DNA of 64,000 nucleotides, from assembly GCF_006345805.1 (NCBI RefSeq), contig NC_043002.1:60202001-60266000 (forward strand), in the 5' to 3' direction. Positions 57,386-64,000 of the stretch are shown here, piece after piece. Position 1 is the stretch's first letter. Each line of letters begins with the position of its first letter. This DNA is from Octopus sinensis. Taxonomy: Eukaryota. A program made the position numbers and the translations under genes. The notes beneath the pieces are model-generated. The model was not told the origin of the DNA. It made no database searches and worked only from the letters and a program-made list of their open reading frames with translations.

Positions 57386-57794
57386 TTTCGTCCTAAACCA
57401 GGACTGCCATGTTAAGATGGCAAACAATATTTACTCCAAAGTACTGTTGCTGAATATCTCTCGTTGTGAGATGTAAAAATAAACATTTCTGCTGATGGAG
57501 ATGCAACATTCTTAAGAATAAATACTTATATACAACCTCATTAAAAACGTCCTTACCAAGAGATATATTTTATATAAGCGCTTTCCCATGCTGGCATCGT
57601 TGGAGCACCGGAAAACAAAAACTCTCTGCCATCAGTTTGAGTCTACTACTATATTTTACAATCTATTTTTTTTTAAATCATTCCGCATGCACGAACAGAC
57701 AGACAGAATCAGACACACACACAAGCACACACTCTCTCACACACATACACTCACTTACACACACATACGTACAGACAATCACACATATATTCAT

Positions 57795-58150
57795 TTATTT
57801 GTTTCTGTCATTTGACTGGGGTCATGCATTGGCACCGCCGTTCGTCGAACAAATCCAACCAGGCCTTATTCTTTGTAAGCCTAGTAGTTATTCTTTCGGT
57901 CCCTTTGCCAAACCGTTAAGTTACGGGGACGTAAACACACCAGCATCAGTTGACAAGGAATAGTGGGGGACAAAATAGAAACGCAAACATACGCACAGAC
58001 ACATACACACTTCTTTCAGCTTCCGTGTACCAAATCCATACTTTGGACAGCCCGATGCTATAGTAGAAGACAGTGGCACAAGGTTTCACGCAGTGGGACT
58101 GAACCCAGAACCATGTGACTGGGACGCAAGGTTCTTATCACACAGTCACT

Positions 58151-58186
<36 letters not shown>

Positions 58187-58365
58187 TACATATATATATA
58201 CGACTGGTGTCTTTCAGTTTTCCGTCTACCAAATCAACTCACGGGGCTTTGGCCAGCCCGAGTCCATAGCAGTAGACACTTGCCCAAGGCGCCATGCAGG
58301 GGAAGCGAATCCAGAACCATGTAATTGGTAAGCAATCTACTTACTACACACCCACTCCTGCCCCT
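57795..58365 (-). mobile_element. Two tandem SINE family A copies (57795-58150 near full length; 58200-58365 5' half)
   Basis: Two successive CTTTCAG.TT.CGT.TACCAAATC...GACAC...CAAGG...GAA.CCAGAACCATGT heads. Confidence 0.8.
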
Positions 58366-58402
58366 ACATACATACATACATACATACATACATACAAAAA
58401 AA

Positions 58403-58514
<112 letters not shown>

Positions 58515-58734
58515 AAGAGAGAGAGGGAGATAAGAAATAGAGAAAGACGGGGAAAGTTAGAGAGAAACGGATAGATAGCGATAGAGAGAGATAGATATTT
58601 TGGTTTTTATATAATGCATTATGTTTATTTGCATGGGTTTGCTGGTGCACACTTTAAATGTATCTGACATGTTAAGTCAATAGGAAATACACAAACAGAC
58701 AAAGAGAAACTCAGACAGTCATTGAGAAATATCG

Positions 58735-58945
58735 GTTTCAAATTTTTTGACAAGGCCAGCAGTTTTGCGAGAGGTGGCAATTCGATTACCTTGACATCAG
58801 ACTCCGTCTTGAAACATGTTTCCGACCCGAAAGGGATGTAAAGCAAAATCGACCTTGGCGGGATTTGAACTCGGAACATAAACGCACACGAAATGCTTAT
58901 AAGTGTTTTGCCATGCAAGCTAACGGTTCTGCCAGCTCACCGACT
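58735..58945 (-). mobile_element. SINE family B copy
   Basis: CGACCCGAAAGGGATGTAAAGCAAAATCGACCTTGGCGGGATTTGAACTCGGAAC...GCTAACGGTTCTGCCAGCTCACCG. Confidence 0.8.
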
Positions 58946-59047
58946 TATGCTTGTGAAATATTAGCTAGATAAACAGCTAGGTAGCTAGATTCATAAATGA
59001 TAGATATATAAATGGGTAGATATATCGATAGGTAGAAAGAAATGTAA

Positions 59048-59156
<109 letters not shown>

Positions 59157-61264
59157 CAATGTGAGAGAGAGGTGGGTGAGAAAATGACGGAGAGATAGAA
59201 ACATAATTAGTCGACAGTTAAACACAGATTCATTGAAACGTTTATAGAGATTCTCTGGATTAATAACTACGTTTCGATAAACATTCACCTTAGACCTTCA
59301 TCACCGACAATGTCAACTCAAAGACAACACATTTTCTTTGAACTCAGAATATTCTATACACTGCTAAACATGGAAAATTTGGTTCTTGAACTCTTTGAGA
59401 ACTTAAAGGGTTTGAAAAGAACTTTCATCTAGGATCAATATCAGATACAGAACAGATATCAAAAGTTTACATGTATCTGTTGATGCAATGTACATTTCGG
59501 GCAATGAAAATCCATATTGAATGATCATGATGTTATAATTGAATCTGTATTTTCATTGAAGTTATCTGACTTGAAATGGATTTGCAGAAAATTGTCAAAT
59601 GCAGGCTAGCTGTGTGAAGAGTTCAAACAGCGATACAGCTTATAGGCGAAGCCTCTATCTATAGCGGCATCTGTCCTCTTGGCAATACGTACGATATTTA
59701 ATAATTGTTTCAAACCTTGGCACATAACCACCGATTTTAGGGGAAAAGGGGGTTTGTCGCTTACATCGAACTCAGGATATGACTGGTACTTATTTCAACG
59801 AACAACAATATGAAATGCAATATCAACCCTGGCTGAATTTAATGGAATTGGAAGAACTAATTCAAAGCATTTCTTCTGACGCTCTAACAATTCCGGCATT
59901 TCCTAAACGAAATATCTTCAACTGCATAAAACATATTTTTCAGATATAGTCTATATGATAATTTTATTCAAATGATGTTTCATTAAAATAAACTCAATAA
60001 AATGTATCTATTACTTGTTTAAGCATTAAAGTGCGGTGGTCATGCTAAGGCACCGCCTTCGAGAATATTTGCTGAAAGACTCGACCCCAGGACTTATATT
60101 TTTGAACCCTGGTACTTATTCTGTCAGTGGCCTTATCCCAAACGTCAAGATACCAGCTGTCAATTGGTGGTGGACACTGACACAAACATACACTGACACA
60201 CATAGATGTTTATAGGGCAGCATGCATATCTCATTACATAATTTTAATAAAGCTAATTGAAATCAAATATATTAATTTAAATATATTGTTTACCCAAATC
60301 ATCACGAAAGTTCTGTTACTTTAATTTAAAAAAATAGAAGCAGCTGTCACCGAATTATTAACAGGGCTCTCAGGAATCTCTTCATGATAGCCTCGAAATA
60401 TTATCGAGTCTTCTCCAATTACAATGTAATCACAGATGAAAAACTGGCTATGTACATAGATATACCAATGGACGAAATTTGTACGAAAGGACAATATCTC
60501 ATCTTGTACTTATACTTGTGTCGCATTTATCCGGGTTGGGTCAAGCCGGCTCCGAACAACATGTTTTCGGTGTCTCGGTGGAAAAATAAGTTCACATGTG
60601 GACCCCAGTCACATGCCTACACACTTTGCAATAACATGATCCGTATCAGCTCATCTAACCCACGACTGAAGACCGTCGAAGGCGATTCTCTGACCAAATC
60701 TTCGCCAAATATCGGAGCACACGTAGCCTGCGTCTGAAACAGGTTCTAGAGACATGCTTTAAAAAAGGCTAAGGAGTAGGGGTACCTTACTCCCAGTGGC
60801 CATCCAGTACACCGGACACTAACCCGGAATTTCTGAGGATCTGTGCTATTCCTAGACAGCAGATGAATCTATACTCGGTTCAACCGTCATTTTGGCAGTT
60901 CTTGTTTTTAGCTCTGCTGGGTTTCTAGCAGCCTTTCTCGCCAGGGAAGCCTAGTGGGTTGTAACGGTTTGGTCACCGTCGACCAAATTGTACTGGATTC
61001 CTTGTTACCAGCAGCACTCATAGGAGACGTCATGACTGAACTGACATAACATATCAACTGGCTGGGGTTTTAAACAAGCAACATACAATTACAACATTAC
61101 ATTTATTCAAAAGGAGGCTATCGGGCGTGGCTGTTTGATCACTGATTATATGGTACGGCAAATTGGATATTCTCTTTTTTGTGGTGATGGTAATGTTTGC
61201 ACTAGAAGCGCCAAGTTATATACCATAGATAAATATGGAGTGTAAGAGTGGGGAATAGAGCTTT

Positions 61265-61475
61265 TGGTTTCATATTTGGCAGAAGGTCAGCAATATTGGG
61301 AGAGTAGGACTAGTCGAACACATCGACATTATTGTTCATCGAGTACTTATTTCATCTACTCCGAAAGATGGAAAGCAAAATTGACCTCATCGGATTTTGA
61401 ACTGAGAACATAAAGACAAACGAAAAACCACTTAGTATTTTGCCTGATGTGCTAATGATTCAGCCAGCTCGCCCT
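61265..61475 (-). mobile_element. SINE family B copy
   Basis: GTACTTATTTCATCTACTCCGAAAGATGGAAAGCAAAATTGACCTC...TTTGAACTGAGAAC...GCTAATGATTCAGCCAGCTCGCC. Confidence 0.75.
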
Positions 61476-61597
61476 TTCATGGAGAAGCGAGCGAGAAATA
61501 AAGGGAGAGCGGGTGGGCATGAATGCAAGAATCATTAAAACGTCTAGCGCCAAATAAGTCAACGTCGAATCTGATTAAATGGCTGTGCCGAAACTCT

Positions 61598-61671
61598 CAT
61601 ATCTGGAAGGGGCCGAACCAGCGACCTTTCGGTTATTAACCAAAAGCGCTAATCGACTGCGCCATAAAAAC
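61598..61671 (-). pseudogene. tRNA-Asn-derived pseudogene (anticodon position now reads AAT)
   Basis: Reverse complement GTTTTTATGGCGCAGTCGATTAGCGCTTTTGGTTAATAACCGAAAGGTCGCTGGTTCGGCCCCTTCCAGATATG is collinear over 74 nt with metazoan tRNA-Asn(GTT). The D stem GCGC/GCGC is intact, while the acceptor and T stems are damaged. Confidence 0.75.
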
Positions 61672-63138
61672 AACGCCTGAAGAATATGGAACCCGTTACC
61701 AATTTGCGTGTCCGGTTTGCATAGACGCCATTGTAATCTCCTCTATATTGAACCAATTTTATAATATGTACTACAGAAGCTAGTAAGATTAAGAATACTT
61801 TGTAAGCATGCATTTTAATATTTTTATTTTTCAAAAGTCACAATAGTAACTAATATATTTTCTGAGTTTTTCCCTAGTATTAAGCAAGTAGTATATAAAA
61901 TAATATTTCGTTTGAAGTTACCTGGTTTCCTATACTGCATTATTAGTTTACTAATATTTATTATGCTATTCAAAAGAACCAGGTGCGGTTTTACACGTTG
62001 TTGTCTTTGACGGACAATTAATTCCCACAAAATAATTGCAGTCGTAGAAGACACCTTCTCAAGTTTCTAATTCCAAAGCAGGAAAATAAAATAAGGAAGC
62101 AATAACACTTTACAAACGCGAAAGAAAGAAGAAATTTGAAGTAAACTTATCAGAAAACGGCATCAATATGGACACAACGAAATTTGAGATGAGAGAATAA
62201 TAAAATTTTCAGTACAATTAGTAATAAATATCTATCCTATAGTTACGAGTCCTGGCAATTTAGCGGATGTGGTTCAAGTCGGCCCCAGAGTTCAACAAGA
62301 ATTTATGGCATTAGGAATTTTGTACGCCTTGATGATGATTCTACCAGCTCGCCGCTTTAATGCGATTAGTTATACCACCAAGAGTTGCAGCAGCAGCAAC
62401 AACAAAATTGAACTGAAATTGAACTTGAAAATCTGTAGTTGCAAATCAAATTTCTTAACCGCACAACCATAACTGCATGTAAAATATATCTCATTTACTT
62501 TACAGATTTAAAATCAACAGAAGGTGCTGTTTATATGCAAGAGAGAAATGAATACGCGTGGAAGAGGAAGACTCCATAAGGGGGCTCCACTTACAACACA
62601 TTGCAATAAAATCTTCTTAAAATCACTTATTTAAAATGCCACATAATGATACCAAGTTCTATTATTAAAAGACTATATGGTCAAGGATGGAGAGCCTCTC
62701 TCTGGACTTGTGTGATGCCAAAGATAAATATCATGAATAAAACGTTAACAAGGTATCCACCGCAGCCTTCAATGTATTGTGCTACCAACACCTTCTAATG
62801 ATTTCCTTATAGATTATTATACATTTCTGTATCACAGCCGTCCATACGAGCAGATATATACAAACATGTCATTTCTGATGCATGGATTTAATGCAATGCA
62901 AAACTGCACCCTGGTTGCCTTTGGGGAAACGCTAGAATTTCAATGGAAAATTACCCTTCAGCCATTTCTTTTAACTCTACTACATGGCTAGATTAGCGAA
63001 TGCACGTAATGGATATATACATACACGCAAAATGCCTGCAGTGGATTCCATTAGAAAACTCACAAGTTGAGCGCATTATAACTTTATCCAATCAGGCTGT
63101 CGTATCGCTGGCAAGAATAATAAAATAGAATATATATA

Positions 63139-63216
<78 letters not shown>

Positions 63217-63319
63217 GTATATAAACTGAAGCGAAAATATAGAAAAATGCACCACAAGCCATAAAATATGTACGCATTAGAAGAGAATACAGCGACACCT
63301 TCATCTTAGACTTCTTCTT

Positions 63320-63380
<61 letters not shown>

Positions 63381-63553
63381 GAGTGAGCCAAGAAAACAAC
63401 TTAAGCAAAATTAAATAAAGTCACGTCAATAATAATTATCCTGACCGAATAATAGATTAACTATATCTAATTATTACAAAAATAACCCAAACAAGGAAAA
63501 CTAGGGAATTATGGGACACACACACACACACACATATGTATATAAATATAAAT

Positions 63554-63627
<74 letters not shown>

Positions 63628-64000
63628 CTGTGTGTGTATGTATGTATATATATATATGTGTGTGTGTGTGTATGTATATAAATATATAATATATATATTT
63701 ATTTATCTATATATATATATGTATAAGACTGAAAATATTACGACTACTACTACTACTACTACAACTAATAATAATAATAATAATAATATAATAATAATAT
63801 AATAATAATAATAATAGTAACAATAATGATAATAAGAAAAGTATATTATTTCCAGTGCGCTTCGGAAAATTGAATATAAAACCAATTAAATATTGGCCTC
63901 TTAAATATATAAGCATGCATGCATACATTTGTGCCTAAATGTATAAATTTGCGTATTGCCGGTCTAGTTCCTGTGTGTGTGTGACAGAGAGAGAGAGAGA

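Overview
AT-rich, repeat-saturated animal genomic DNA, intergenic or deep intronic. The SINE and microsatellite repertoire suggests an octopus (coleoid cephalopod); that is inferred from repeat style, not from a search. I found no intact host protein-coding gene, and almost every ORF in the track is a translation of microsatellite. Supported content: (i) about 35 copies or fragments of at least three tRNA-derived SINE families; (ii) non-LTR retrotransposon remnants, namely a young 5'-truncated Dong/R4-clade element in a (TAA)n tract, two older Dong/R4 remnants, a HERO-like remnant and a CR1-group 3' end; (iii) two mariner-derived MITEs; (iv) a tRNA-Asn-derived pseudogene; (v) a 1.36-kb near-perfect tandem duplication and several inverted duplications. 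The most notable item is a palindromic non-autonomous element present twice (27.3-27.7 kb and 29.5-31.3 kb). Each arm carries a minimal Penelope-type hammerhead ribozyme motif. The second copy also has a tRNA-like Pol III head at its symmetry centre and a 13-bp target-site duplication, i.e. a candidate ribozyme-bearing, Penelope-dependent SINE. Other unrelated hammerhead-like motifs occur elsewhere in the window. All coordinates were read by eye and may be off by a few bases.
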